Source of the DNA: Candidatus Atelocyanobacterium thalassae
GTDB lineage: Bacteria > Cyanobacteriota > Cyanobacteriia > Cyanobacteriales > Microcystaceae
Direction of reading: 5' to 3'
Assembly: GCA_051971635.1 (NCBI GenBank)
Contig: JBFPLN010000006.1
Span: 32,001-96,000, forward strand
Length of the DNA: 64,000 bases
Positions 41,941 through 54,631 of this stretch are shown here, piece by piece (positions within the stretch are counted from its first letter, which is position 1; each line of letters opens with the position of its first letter). The notes beneath the pieces are model-generated. The model ran no database searches. It had not been told where the DNA came from and was given only the letters and a program-made list of their open reading frames with translations. The position numbers and the translations under genes were made by a program.

Positions 41941-43398
41941 ATGACTAGTTCTTATATTCTAGTACTATCGATTCTCATTTTAGGAGGCTTAATTGCAGCA
42001 TTAGGCGATCGGTTAGGAAGTAAAGTTGGTAAAGCCCGACTTACTATCGGTAATCTTCGTCCCAAGCAAACAGCTGTTGTCGTTACTGTTTTAACAGGAA
42101 CTTTAATAGCAGCTTCAACATTTGGTATTTTATTAATTTCTAGTAAATCTTTAAGAGATGGTCTTTTTCAGCTTGACAAAATTCAAAAACAATTACGTAT
42201 CGCTGAAGCTGATCTAGAAAGACTAGGTATTGATAAAAAAAACACTGAAAAAGAATTGAGAAAGGTGAAAAGTGAACAATACGCTGTCGAAAAAAAATTA
42301 GAGATGACTATTAAGAACTTTAATACAGCTAAGCACCAACTTAAATCGGCTTTCGATCAAGCCTTAAAACTCAGAAGTGATATACAAACTCTTTTAAGTG
42401 AAAGAAGAGAGCTTCGTCAAAATAAAATAGATCTTGATAGACAAATCAAGAAACTAAAACAAGAAATTACTAACCGAGATCAAGAACTGGGAAAAGGGAA
42501 AAAACAAATTATAGAGCAGACTAAAATTTTAAATGAACGACAAAGTCGGTTACAAAGCCTAGAGAAACGACAAAGTATTCTACAAGAAGAAATTGATAGA
42601 AGGGATGCTGAAATTATTCAACTTGATCAAGAAATTAATGGTAAAGATATCGCTCTAAAAAATAAGGAATCCCAGCTTAAACAATTAGAAAAAAAATCTG
42701 CATATCTTCAAAGACAAATGGCCATTCTAGAGCAATATTATCAAACTTATCAAGAATTGCGAGAACGAAAAATTGCTATTGTTAGAGGTCAAGTCTTATC
42801 AATTGGTGCAGTGCGCCTTGTAGTTTCTAAAGCTAGTACCCAAGTAGTTGATGAATTATTAAGACAAGCTAATAAAACTGCCATAGAGTTAATAGGTAAA
42901 AATACTATAGAATCAGATTATAGAGTAGTAAAAATCACTCAAAGCCAGGTTCAGCAATTAATTCAAGAGTTACAAGACAATCAAGAATATGTAGTCAGAA
43001 TTATTGCTGCAGGTAACTATGTTCAAGGAGAAAAAGAAGTTAGAGTTTTTGCAGATGTTGCTCTTAATCAAAAGATTTTTAGAAAAGAAGAAACAATCTC
43101 TGTTATTTCAATTGATTCCCTACAATTAACAGAAGAAGTAATACAACAAAAACTAGATTTGTTATTATCAGCAACTCAATTTCATGCTCGTCGTTCAGGA
43201 GTTTTAGGCGGAATACAAGTAGCGGATGGAAGACTAAAAACTTTAGTAGACTTTATTGAAAGTATTCGACAATCCGAAGTAGGATTAGATAAACTTAAAG
43301 CAATTGCTATGCAAGATACTAAAACAATTGGTCCTTTAAAGTTAAAACTTTTAGGCATAAGAGGAAGGGAAGTGATTTTAGAAACAAACAGTAGATAA
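41941..43398 (+). CDS. DUF3084-family membrane-anchored coiled-coil protein
   Basis: LGGLIAALGDRLGSKVGKARL..LRPKQTA; long coiled coil; usual position after ntcA. Confidence 0.88.
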   Translation: MTSSYILVLSILILGGLIAALGDRLGSKVGKARLTIGNLRPKQTAVVVTVLTGTLIAASTFGILLISSKSLRDGLFQLDKIQKQLRIAEADLERLGIDKKNTEKELRKVKSEQYAVEKKLEMTIKNFNTAKHQLKSAFDQALKLRSDIQTLLSERRELRQNKIDLDRQIKKLKQEITNRDQELGKGKKQIIEQTKILNERQSRLQSLEKRQSILQEEIDRRDAEIIQLDQEINGKDIALKNKESQLKQLEKKSAYLQRQMAILEQYYQTYQELRERKIAIVRGQVLSIGAVRLVVSKASTQVVDELLRQANKTAIELIGKNTIESDYRVVKITQSQVQQLIQELQDNQEYVVRIIAAGNYVQGEKEVRVFADVALNQKIFRKEETISVISIDSLQLTEEVIQQKLDLLLSATQFHARRSGVLGGIQVADGRLKTLVDFIESIRQSEVGLDKLKAIAMQDTKTIGPLKLKLLGIRGREVILETNSR

Positions 43399-43826
43399 TG
43401 ATTAAAAAAAAACCATTACCTATTCTAGGATTTGATCCTGGAAGAGATAAGTGCGGTATCGCTATCATTAATGAAGATGGGAAGCTTTATTATCATGCAG
43501 TTATTGAATCATTCAATGTTATTCGACAACTTAATTTTTTGCATGAAAAATTTTTTTTTAAACTATTAGTTATGGGAGATCAAACTACTTCTGGAGATTG
43601 GAAAAATCGTTTGTTAGAAGAGTTATTATTTTCGGTGCCTATAGTTATGATAGATGAAAGTAATAGTACATTAGAAGCTCGAAGTCGATATTGGCAGATG
43701 TATCCCCCAAATTTCATTGTAAGTCTTATTCCTGAAAGTCTAAGAGTTCCATCGCGTTCAATTGATGATATTGTTGCCATCCTATTAGTAGAAAGATTTT
43801 TCCAAACTAGTAAGAAACAAAAATAA
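43398..43826 (+). CDS. YqgF/RuvX-like RNase H-fold nuclease (pre-16S rRNA processing)
   Basis: ILGFDPGRDKCGIA, VMGDQTTS, IDESNSTLEAR and IDDIVAILL; TAATG coupling to DUF3084. Confidence 0.85.
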   Translation: MIKKKPLPILGFDPGRDKCGIAIINEDGKLYYHAVIESFNVIRQLNFLHEKFFFKLLVMGDQTTSGDWKNRLLEELLFSVPIVMIDESNSTLEARSRYWQMYPPNFIVSLIPESLRVPSRSIDDIVAILLVERFFQTSKKQK

Positions 43827-43872
43827 TATATGGTAGGTAAATTTTATATAAAATTTACCTACCATATATTAT
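43823..43872. repeat. perfect 50-bp spacerless palindrome spanning the YqgF-like/alaS convergent junction
   Basis: ataatatatggtaggtaaattttat|ataaaatttacctaccatatattat; 25/25 pairs checked by hand. Confidence 0.95.
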
Positions 43873-46511
43873 CTAAGTAGTTGAATAAGTCTGTTTTTTG
43901 CAGCTAACAATGCCTCTTCTAATTTACTTGAGTTTTTTCCTCCTGCCTGAGCTAAGTTGGGACGTCCCCCGCCTCCTCCTTCACATATTTGGGCAATTTC
44001 TCCAATAAATTTACCAGCTAATATATTCTTATCCTTATAAATTTTTTTACTAAAGGCTGCTACGAGACTAACTTTATCTCCGGGAAGTGTAGATCCTAGC
44101 ACTATCGCTCCTTCTCCAATTTTTTGCAGTAACCTTTCAGCAGATTTCTGTAGTGCTTTTACATCCATATTTCCTACATTCGAAACAATTACTTTCAAGT
44201 CATCATCTAATAATTCTGCCGTATCTAATAACTTGTCAGATTTAACGATAGCTAACTCCTGTTGTATAATTTCTAATTTTTTTTGAGTATCTTTTAATTC
44301 ATTTTGTAGCGATGTAATACGATTTTGGATTTCTTCTGGCTTTATCTTAAGGTGATCACATAAATTTTTAACTATATTTTCCTTAATTTTAAAGTGTTCT
44401 AGGATTGTTGGTCCTGTAATAGCTTCTATACGTCTAACACCAGAGGAAATCCCACTTTGTGAAATTATTTTAAATAATCCAATTTCGGCTATATTTTCTA
44501 CATGTATTCCCCCACATAGTTCCATTGAAACTTCAGGAATATTAATAACACGGACTTCTTCTCCATATTTTTCTCCAAACATGGCTATAGCACCCTTTTC
44601 TTTTGCAACCTTCAATGTCATAGTTTTTACTTTTACATTATGCTTTTCAGAAATCCAAAGATTGATAGTATTTTCTATTTGTTCTATTTGTTCTGGAGTT
44701 ATTTGATAAGAATATTGAAAATCAAATCTTAATCTATCAAAAGTAACTAATGATCCTGCTTGCGTAACAGAATTATCTAGAATTTTTTTTAGAGCAGCTT
44801 GTAATAAATGAGTTGAAGTATGATTCAGTTTAATTTGGTGACGATAATCATCTTCAACAACTGCATTGATAGCTTCGTTAATACATATACATCCTTTCTT
44901 CACCTCTCCAGAATGAAGAAAAATTCCAGACTCTTTTTGAACATCATCAATTCTGACAAATGAATCTTGTCCGATTAAATGACCATGATCACTTACCTGA
45001 CCACCTGACTCTGCATAAAATGGAGTTGCATCAAGTACAATTTGAATATAATCTCCCTTTTCTGCTTTTTGAACAGTTTCTTGATTAATGAAGATTTTTT
45101 TAACTACAGCTAATGAAGTTAAATTAGAATAACCAATAAATTTCGTAGCAGCTATATCCTTTATTAATTTATTTATTCCGCCTTCTGTAGATAAATTGAC
45201 AGTTTCATGTGCTGCTTTTGATCTAGATTGTTGTAATTTCATTTGTGCATGAAACTCATTAACATTAACCTCTAGTTGGCTCTCTTCTGCAATTTCTTGA
45301 GTCAATTCTAGAGGAAATCCATAAGTATCGTATAGAGTAAAAGCATCTAAACCAGAAATTTGACTAGGCTTTTCAAGCTTATCAATTATTTCAGATAACA
45401 ATTTTTCCCCTCTTTCTAAAGTCTTAAGAAAAATGTCTTCTTCTTTCTCTAACTCTTTATTAATGAAAATTTCTTTTGTTCTAACTTCTGGATAGGAATC
45501 CTCCGAAATCTGAATTGTAATTTGTGCAATTTTGTTAATAAATTTTCCCTCGATTCCAATTAAACGCCCATGCCGAATAACTCTACGAATTAAACGACGT
45601 AATACATAGCCTCTATCTGTATTAGAAGCCGTAACACCGTCAGATAACATGTGAATAACGGCTCTAATATGATCTCCAATAATTTTTAGAGATCTTTTTA
45701 CCTTCTCTTCTGCCTCCATATAATCAATCGTAATTATATTTGAAACAGATTTAATTATTGGAAAAATTAAATCTGTTTCATAATTATTTGGTACTTTTTG
45801 TAATATTTGAGCCATACGTTCTAAGCCCATTCCTGTATCAATATTTTTTTTATCTAAAGGCAATAAAGTACCATTACTGTCACGATTATATTCCATAAAT
45901 ACAAGATTATAGAATTCAATGAAACGAGAATCATCCTCTAAGTCTATATTTTGCTCTCCTAACTCAGGATAGAAATCATAATACAATTCTGAACAAGGAC
46001 CACATGGACCAGTTTCTCCTGCTTTCCAAAAATTATCTTTTTCTCCCATTCTTATGATTCTCTGTTTAGGAATACCGATTATGTTTTCCCAAATATTAAA
46101 AGCTTCATCATCATTTTTAAAAACGCTAACAATGATATTACGTGGAGGTAAAAGAAAAATTTCAGTAGATAGCTCCCAAGCCCATTTTATTGCCTGCTCT
46201 TTAAAGTAATCTCCAAAACTAAAATTACCTAACATCTCAAAAAAAGTATGATGTCTAGCTGTATAACCTACATTGTCAATATCGTTCGTGCGAATACATT
46301 TTTGAGAAGTAGTAACACGAGAAAAGCTGGATGTTTCTTGACCAAGAAAAATAGGCTTGAAAGGTAACATCCCGGCTATTGTTAAAAGAACAGTTGGATC
46401 TGTTGGTATTAAAGATGCACTTGGAAGAATCTGATGCTTTTTTTCTTCATAAAATTGAAGAAATTTATGGCGTATTTGATTTCCAGTGAGGAAAGGTGGA
46501 GTTGTGATCAT
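43869..46511 (-). CDS. alaS: alanyl-tRNA synthetase
   Basis: RHHTFFEMLGNFSFGDYFK, IDTGMGLER, editing NHTSTHLL and ELCGGIHV, C-terminal GGGGGRP. Confidence 0.98.
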   Translation of the reverse strand: MITTPPFLTGNQIRHKFLQFYEEKKHQILPSASLIPTDPTVLLTIAGMLPFKPIFLGQETSSFSRVTTSQKCIRTNDIDNVGYTARHHTFFEMLGNFSFGDYFKEQAIKWAWELSTEIFLLPPRNIIVSVFKNDDEAFNIWENIIGIPKQRIIRMGEKDNFWKAGETGPCGPCSELYYDFYPELGEQNIDLEDDSRFIEFYNLVFMEYNRDSNGTLLPLDKKNIDTGMGLERMAQILQKVPNNYETDLIFPIIKSVSNIITIDYMEAEEKVKRSLKIIGDHIRAVIHMLSDGVTASNTDRGYVLRRLIRRVIRHGRLIGIEGKFINKIAQITIQISEDSYPEVRTKEIFINKELEKEEDIFLKTLERGEKLLSEIIDKLEKPSQISGLDAFTLYDTYGFPLELTQEIAEESQLEVNVNEFHAQMKLQQSRSKAAHETVNLSTEGGINKLIKDIAATKFIGYSNLTSLAVVKKIFINQETVQKAEKGDYIQIVLDATPFYAESGGQVSDHGHLIGQDSFVRIDDVQKESGIFLHSGEVKKGCICINEAINAVVEDDYRHQIKLNHTSTHLLQAALKKILDNSVTQAGSLVTFDRLRFDFQYSYQITPEQIEQIENTINLWISEKHNVKVKTMTLKVAKEKGAIAMFGEKYGEEVRVINIPEVSMELCGGIHVENIAEIGLFKIISQSGISSGVRRIEAITGPTILEHFKIKENIVKNLCDHLKIKPEEIQNRITSLQNELKDTQKKLEIIQQELAIVKSDKLLDTAELLDDDLKVIVSNVGNMDVKALQKSAERLLQKIGEGAIVLGSTLPGDKVSLVAAFSKKIYKDKNILAGKFIGEIAQICEGGGGGRPNLAQAGGKNSSKLEEALLAAKNRLIQLLR

Positions 46512-46707
46512 TATGGAATATTTATTTTAATTTGTTGATTGTTATATTGTTGCATTTTGTGGATGAATATTAAAAATATACTATTATTCTTAAGTGTTAG
46601 GATGATAAGTATTAGTATTATTTCAAGAACTTTATTAGTACAATTAAAGTGCTGACATCCTCGTTAATTATATTAATATTGTTTTTTAATGTTAATTACA
46701 CTTAGTT

Positions 46708-47130
46708 ATGTCTCCTTTACCTCAATATCGTCCTCAAAAACTTTCACTAGGATCCCTCGAAGCTGAAATTTTGGAAATTCTTTGGGATCTTGAAAAGGCT
46801 ACAGTTAAACAAATTCATGATCATATTTTATCTGATGTAGAAAGAGAATTAGCTTACGCTTCTGTTACGACAGTTCTCAATCGTCTCACTAAAAAGGGTT
46901 GGTTAAAATGTTGTAAACAAAATAAAGCGTTTTCCTGGGAACCTCTCGTATCTCGCGAAGAGACGAATACATTACGAGCTTGTGAGCAGTTACAACAATT
47001 TCTTGCTATTATTAGTAGTCCTGATATGGTTGCTTCATTTGCAGACAGTTTAGATACTACTAGCCTAGAACGTTTAGAATTAATTGCTGCAAACTTACAA
47101 GAAATTCGTCGACAAAGGGAGGTGAAATAG
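46708..47130 (+). CDS. petR: BlaI/MecI/CopY-family repressor (PetR-like)
   Basis: LGSLEAEILEILW..ATVKQIH..LAYASVTTVLNRLTKKGWL winged helix; coupled to an M56 peptidase. Confidence 0.8.
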   Translation: MSPLPQYRPQKLSLGSLEAEILEILWDLEKATVKQIHDHILSDVERELAYASVTTVLNRLTKKGWLKCCKQNKAFSWEPLVSREETNTLRACEQLQQFLAIISSPDMVASFADSLDTTSLERLELIAANLQEIRRQREVK

Positions 47131-47132
47131 CT

Positions 47133-47984
47133 ATGCACATACTAATGATTTTATTAGTTTTAGCTTTTGCTTTCGGAATTAGACTATTTTATCCTTCCAA
47201 TTTTATGGGAATGAGTCGCTGGCAAATTTCTCTTATAACTTTCACTGTACCCCCTTTACTAATTGTGGTAACAGCCGTCTCAATTATTTCAATGGGATAT
47301 GATGGCGAAATGTTGGGTTTACCATCAAGCCGTCTTAGCTACTCGACATCAATAGTTTTCTTAGGTATTGCTCTAACACAATTTATTAAAATTACTTTTC
47401 AGGGTTGGAATTCTATCAAGACAATTAGAAACTATCCTAAACAAATTATTAATAATCAATTGGTAAGAATTGTTGAACTAGAGTTACCTTACAGTGCACA
47501 GATTGGATTTTGGAAACCTGAATTAATTGTCAGTAGTGGTCTATTGCAATCTCTAGATTTGGATCATTTAAAAGCCGTTATTGCTCATGAAGAAGCGCAT
47601 AGAAATTATCATGATACTTTCTATTTTTTTTGGTTAGGTTGGTTAAAAAATATTAGTTTTTGGTTGCCAAATACAAACATAATTTGGGAAGAATTATTAT
47701 TACTTAGAGAGATCCGTGCAGATCAAAAAGCTACTCAGAATATTGATCCTCTCCTTCTCGCAGAATCTTTACTTATTGTAGCCAGAAAGATGAATGTAAT
47801 AGCTGAGGATATTTCTACTAGTTTTGTAGAGGCATATTTTCATAATATGAATGCTGATAGTAGACTCGAAAAGCGAATTAAAGCGTTATTTAATATATCA
47901 GAAAATTTAGAAAATGACAGTTCTCATTTGAATTATGTTCTATTGGCCTTATTGCCATTACTTTCTATCCCTTTCCATAACTAA
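47133..47984 (+). CDS. petP: M56/BlaR1-type membrane metalloprotease (PetP-like)
   Basis: N-terminal TM helices, GFWKPELIVSSGL, HEEAH (HExxH) and REIRAD. Confidence 0.8.
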   Translation: MHILMILLVLAFAFGIRLFYPSNFMGMSRWQISLITFTVPPLLIVVTAVSIISMGYDGEMLGLPSSRLSYSTSIVFLGIALTQFIKITFQGWNSIKTIRNYPKQIINNQLVRIVELELPYSAQIGFWKPELIVSSGLLQSLDLDHLKAVIAHEEAHRNYHDTFYFFWLGWLKNISFWLPNTNIIWEELLLLREIRADQKATQNIDPLLLAESLLIVARKMNVIAEDISTSFVEAYFHNMNADSRLEKRIKALFNISENLENDSSHLNYVLLALLPLLSIPFHN

Positions 47985-48032
47985 CAATCAAAGATACTAT
48001 TTAATCTATTCTTTACACATAAGGCTCATACA

Positions 48033-48072
48033 TTATAGTGTTATTTTCTTATCTTAAAAAATAACACTATAA
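48033..48072. terminator. 15-bp perfect inverted repeat between convergent petP-like gene and ligA
   Basis: ttatagtgttatttt-10nt-aaaataacactataa. Confidence 0.8.
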
Positions 48073-48111
48073 AAGTTAAAATAGTTAATATCATAACAAT
48101 TAAAGTCGCGA

Positions 48112-50229
<2,118 letters not shown>

Positions 50230-50501
50230 CTAAATATTATTTATTAATACTAGAAATATTTTAAAAAATGTATTAATCTTAACAAGCGTTATTGAAATAT
50301 ATTAGGTTTAAATTTTGATAATTTTAACCTGTAGTAATTAATCAATCTTAATACTTTAAATAAGATAAAAATTATTTTTTTATAAAAATCGATTTATAGT
50401 TATCGTGGTATAAGACATATGAAATATAGTCAAGAAATATTTCATCCTACAACTTTTTATGTCATATCTAGAATTTTAATATTTAACATGAGTTAATAGT
50501 A

Positions 50502-51992
50502 ATGTTGAAGAAGAAAATAAAATTTAATAAAAAAATTGGGATTCTTGTTCCAGTATCATTATTGCTTTTCTTAGGAATTAGTAAAATATTTAAACAATTA
50601 ATAAGTAATCATCCTCAACAAAGGATATTAAATAATGTCATAGAAAAATATTCTTCTGGTTCTGTAAAGACCGTCATCTTAGAGCCAAAAATAGTTAAAG
50701 TTTTCTCGGAATTTGTTGGAACTATAGAAGCCAAAGATATATTAACTCTCAAATCAGAAATCAACGGAAAAATAAAAGAAATTTCAGTTACAGAAGGAAA
50801 CGTTATTACAAGAAATCAAGTAATAATGCAATTTGATTCTAATAATTTACAGGCTAAATTACTAGAATCTCAAGCTAAATTGACTAATGCAAAAGCTAGA
50901 TTACTAGAATTAGAAGCTGGAAATCGTGTTGAAGATCTTGAAGAAGCAAGAGCTAGGCTTAGAGGTGCAAAAATTCGTTTAAATAATACGATGATAGGAG
51001 ATAGTGTCGAAGAAATTGCCCAAACTAGAGCTCATTTAAAATCTTCAAAAGCTAGCCTTGAATTAGCTGAACAGCGAGTTACTAGATATAAAATGCTTAA
51101 AGAACAAGGAGTAATTTCTATTGATGATTATCAAGAATATATAACAATTTTACGTAGAGCAAGAGCTGATCTAGAACAAACTAAGCGACGTCTATCTCAG
51201 CTTAAAAAAAGACGTTTGGCTGATTTAGATGAATTGGCTACTGTCGTAGAAATGGAAATACAAAATTTACAGAGATTACAGGCTGGTCCACGAAAAGAAG
51301 TTATTACTCAAGCTAAAGCCAAAGTTATAGAAGCGAGTGCACAGCTTCAAACATCTCAAATCCATGTTCTTCAAGCTAATGTAGTGGCACCTATTACTGG
51401 AGTAGTAGAAGAAATTTTTACAAAAGTTAGTGATTACGTAAGAATAGGTGATCCTTTAATAAGTTTAATGAGCAATCATAGTTTAAATCTAAATTTTGCT
51501 ATTCCGTTAAAATATAGTTCTCAATTAGATATAGATTTACCTGTAGAAGTTGTAGATAATCTAGGAAGAATCCTTAGCGAAGGAAAAATTAACTTTATAT
51601 CCTCTAATCTTGTTAAAGACTCACAATCAATATTAGTAAAGGCTAGCTTTAATAGTCCAAACCAAGAATTTTTACATGGTCAATTTGTAAGAGTAAGAGT
51701 AATTTGGGAGAAAAAAAACAGTTTATTAATTCCGGCTAGTTCTGTATTTCATGCTGGAAAAGAAAAATTTGTCTTTATAGCTAAAAATAATAATTTAGGC
51801 GAAAGAAATTTGTCTAATGCAATAGCCAAAAGAGTTAAAGTTCAATTAAGTAACTTGCAAGGCAATAATTTTCAAGTGATTAATGGCTTAAATATTGGTG
51901 ATAGATTGATAGTATCCAAGACTAGCAAATTAAAAGATGGAAAATCTATTAGGCAACTCTCTTTTTATAAGGAAAAAACTATTAATAATTAA
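50502..51992 (+). CDS. efflux periplasmic adaptor (RND/HlyD membrane fusion protein)
   Basis: N-terminal anchor, lipoyl halves (SEINGKI, VVAPITGVV), long helical hairpin and GQFVRVRV. Confidence 0.88.
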   Translation: MLKKKIKFNKKIGILVPVSLLLFLGISKIFKQLISNHPQQRILNNVIEKYSSGSVKTVILEPKIVKVFSEFVGTIEAKDILTLKSEINGKIKEISVTEGNVITRNQVIMQFDSNNLQAKLLESQAKLTNAKARLLELEAGNRVEDLEEARARLRGAKIRLNNTMIGDSVEEIAQTRAHLKSSKASLELAEQRVTRYKMLKEQGVISIDDYQEYITILRRARADLEQTKRRLSQLKKRRLADLDELATVVEMEIQNLQRLQAGPRKEVITQAKAKVIEASAQLQTSQIHVLQANVVAPITGVVEEIFTKVSDYVRIGDPLISLMSNHSLNLNFAIPLKYSSQLDIDLPVEVVDNLGRILSEGKINFISSNLVKDSQSILVKASFNSPNQEFLHGQFVRVRVIWEKKNSLLIPASSVFHAGKEKFVFIAKNNNLGERNLSNAIAKRVKVQLSNLQGNNFQVINGLNIGDRLIVSKTSKLKDGKSIRQLSFYKEKTINN

Positions 51993-52084
51993 AAAAGTAA
52001 ATTAAGTTAATGTAAATTTTCACTCTTAAAGTTAAGTTAACATAATAAACTTTTCTATAGTTACTGTTTTTAAATGTATATTTT

Positions 52085-52783
52085 TTATTGAGTTAATCCA
52101 TGCTTTAAAGCAAAACGAACCAGCTCTGTCCGGCTATTTGTCTCTGTTTTACCGAACAAACGACTCACATATTTTTCTACATTTCTAACACTTGTATTTA
52201 AACGAGCTGCAATTTCTTTATTCATAAGACCTTCTGCAACTAAATCCAAAACACTTTTTTCTCTTGGAGTTAAATCAATTTTAATAGATGGAGGTATTAT
52301 TGTTAAATGAGTCTTTTGTTGTCCTAATTGCTCTTTTAATCCTTTAATTTCTTGGGCTATTTCTTCTAACTTTATAGAGTCACTACCAATTTTTCCATTA
52401 ATTTTACGACGTTCCAGAAAGCTTTTAATAATAGCTTCTAATTCCTCAGGATCAAAGGGTTTTGGCAAATATACATCGCAGCCAGCGTTGTAACCCTTGA
52501 TTCGATCAGCAGTCATACCTCTAGCAGTAAGAAAAATCAGAGGAATAGTTTGCAAGCGAGTACTATGACGTATTTTTTCTAAAAATTGATATCCATCTAT
52601 TTCTGGCATCATAACATCAGAGATGATGATATCAGGAATTATTGTTTCCAGAAGCTTCCAAGCTTCTTTTGCATTATTTGCAATTTTTACTGTTAATTCA
52701 CCATCATATTCCAAGTATGTTTGTACGGACTCACATATGCTTGGCTCATCGTCAACTAATAAAATTATAGAAGAATTACTCAT
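52085..52783 (-). CDS. rre1: NarL/LuxR-family response regulator, Rre1/Ycf29 type
   Basis: LLVDDEP, DVMMP and FLTARG; HTH LTPREKSVLDLVAEGLMNKEIA..RNVEKYVSRLF. Confidence 0.85.
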   Translation of the reverse strand: MSNSSIILLVDDEPSICESVQTYLEYDGELTVKIANNAKEAWKLLETIIPDIIISDVMMPEIDGYQFLEKIRHSTRLQTIPLIFLTARGMTADRIKGYNAGCDVYLPKPFDPEELEAIIKSFLERRKINGKIGSDSIKLEEIAQEIKGLKEQLGQQKTHLTIIPPSIKIDLTPREKSVLDLVAEGLMNKEIAARLNTSVRNVEKYVSRLFGKTETNSRTELVRFALKHGLTQ

Positions 52784-52814
52784 GATTTATATTTTACTAA
52801 TGCTATGAACAATT

Positions 52815-53129
52815 TTAATCTGAATGTTTATCGATAGAAATCACTTCAACTTCAACCGTTTCTTCTTCTGATGATTTTTTTTCTATACCTCGGTTTGGAT
52901 TTCTCCACTCTTCAAATATTATTTTAGTAAGCTCTGTTATTAATAGACTTAAAATAACAAAATCATCTATTTGTCCTATTATAGGAAAAAAATCTGGAAA
53001 GAAATCTAAAGGGCTTACAAAATAAACTAAAGTGCCTAATATTACCAACCAGCGATATTTAGTATTACGAATTAGAGACTTATAGTATTTATATATGGAG
53101 TGTAAAGAAAATTTCATTATATTAATCAT
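52815..53129 (-). CDS. DUF1232/YkvA-family membrane protein
   Basis: LVYFVSPLDFFPDFFPIIGQIDD. Confidence 0.88.
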   Translation of the reverse strand: MINIMKFSLHSIYKYYKSLIRNTKYRWLVILGTLVYFVSPLDFFPDFFPIIGQIDDFVILSLLITELTKIIFEEWRNPNRGIEKKSSEEETVEVEVISIDKHSD

Positions 53130-53323
53130 ATTTAGTGTTTAAATATTAATTTAAAATATAGCCGTATGTACTGTGCTTACATAATTTAAGTATTAATATC
53201 AGGTATCTTAAATATATAAAACAATGATTCTCACATTAAAATTATCAAACAACTTTTATCCAATGATTGATAACTTTTCTTATTCAATATTAATTCTTGA
53301 GCTCAACTAAATGTTACTCGTTA

Positions 53324-54352
53324 TTATCTTTGCAGAGATTTGTCTTTCAAAAGACCAGTGAGTAGAGATGCAGGTGGCTTTTTGTAAGGCCAAGCAAAAG
53401 CATGTTGAAAAGCAAAATTTTGACATGCTTGTAGTTGATGAAAATCAATTACATCTTGAGTTAAAAGATTCTCAAATTCGAAGGGTAAACGTACATTATG
53501 CAGTCCTGCATTATCTGTACAAATTGCTATATGTACTCCTGCTTCAAAACAACGATCAAAAACCGTCTTCAATTCGTATAAATTATCTAAATTTCCTGTC
53601 TTTAAATAAGTCGTAGGACATATCTCCAGGCATTGATTAGAGCGAGCAATCATCGGCAGTAACTCTGGAAATCTCAAAGGTATTTGAATACCGTGACCAA
53701 TCCTCATTAGATATGGAAGAAGTTCAGGATAACATCCATCGGAAGTTTCATAAAGATGACCAGTTGTATTTAATCCCAGTGATCTCGCATATTTATATAA
53801 ATCTATAAATTCATCTAACCTTTCACCATAATGAGAGTCTCCTCCTGCAACATCAATAGCACAGACATAGTCTTTCATTTGAGCCGCTAGATCTACTATA
53901 GCCTTATTAACCTCGTAAGGTAACCGAGAATGCATACAAAGAATTTGGCTTATTACAATAGGGTACTCTTTTACTTGACTAGCTTTACCTACTATTTTGA
54001 CAATACTAGTCATAGCATCAATTCTTTCTGATTGCTCAAGGTACTGGGGAGTACGAAGATATGGAGTATATCTTAATTCTAGATATGCTAAGTGTTCAAA
54101 AATATAAGCTCCACGAATTAAACGATAAATAAAATAAGGGAGTGTTTGTTCTGTCTGAACGTTTTCTACTAGGGTATGTAATTCTAAATACTCATCTAAT
54201 GTTTTACGTTTACGTGTGTAAAACTCTTCAAAAACTGGATATTGAGGAAATTTTTGTGCCATTTTAGGGTCATGGCGTTTAAAATATCTCCAAAGAATAC
54301 GAGGAACTACTGATCCTCCTAAATGGCGATGTAGATCTGCATATAGTGCCAT
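53324..54352 (-). CDS. adenosine deaminase-family metallohydrolase (start refined to MALYADLHRHLGGS)
   Basis: DLHRHLGGS, YLELRYTP, GHLYE, RIGHG, LEICPT and CTDNAG; GGAG RBS before the ATG at 54352. Confidence 0.88.
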   Translation of the reverse strand: MALYADLHRHLGGSVVPRILWRYFKRHDPKMAQKFPQYPVFEEFYTRKRKTLDEYLELHTLVENVQTEQTLPYFIYRLIRGAYIFEHLAYLELRYTPYLRTPQYLEQSERIDAMTSIVKIVGKASQVKEYPIVISQILCMHSRLPYEVNKAIVDLAAQMKDYVCAIDVAGGDSHYGERLDEFIDLYKYARSLGLNTTGHLYETSDGCYPELLPYLMRIGHGIQIPLRFPELLPMIARSNQCLEICPTTYLKTGNLDNLYELKTVFDRCFEAGVHIAICTDNAGLHNVRLPFEFENLLTQDVIDFHQLQACQNFAFQHAFAWPYKKPPASLLTGLLKDKSLQR

Positions 54353-54578
54353 AAAAATCTCCAAAGAATATATATTATGTTCTATCTTAAAACTATTAAG
54401 ATAAGGAATATTTTGAAATAATTCCACTAAAGAATAATGTTTGATCCCAATAATGGCTTAAATGATAAAAAAGTTCTATTTAGAATAGTCCTATAGTTAT
54501 TAAAGTTTAACTAGAGTATATAAGATTTTTAATAATTAACTTAATCAAAGGTTAGTACAAAATAATAAACTTTAATAG

Positions 54579-54610
54579 AAAGCGGTAGAAGTAAACACTT
54601 CTACCGCTTT
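54579..54610 (-). terminator. 14-bp perfect stem-loop after clpC
   Basis: aaagcggtagaagt-aaac-acttctaccgcttt. Confidence 0.88.
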
Positions 54611-54631
54611 AAAAACATCAAGTTTTTACTG

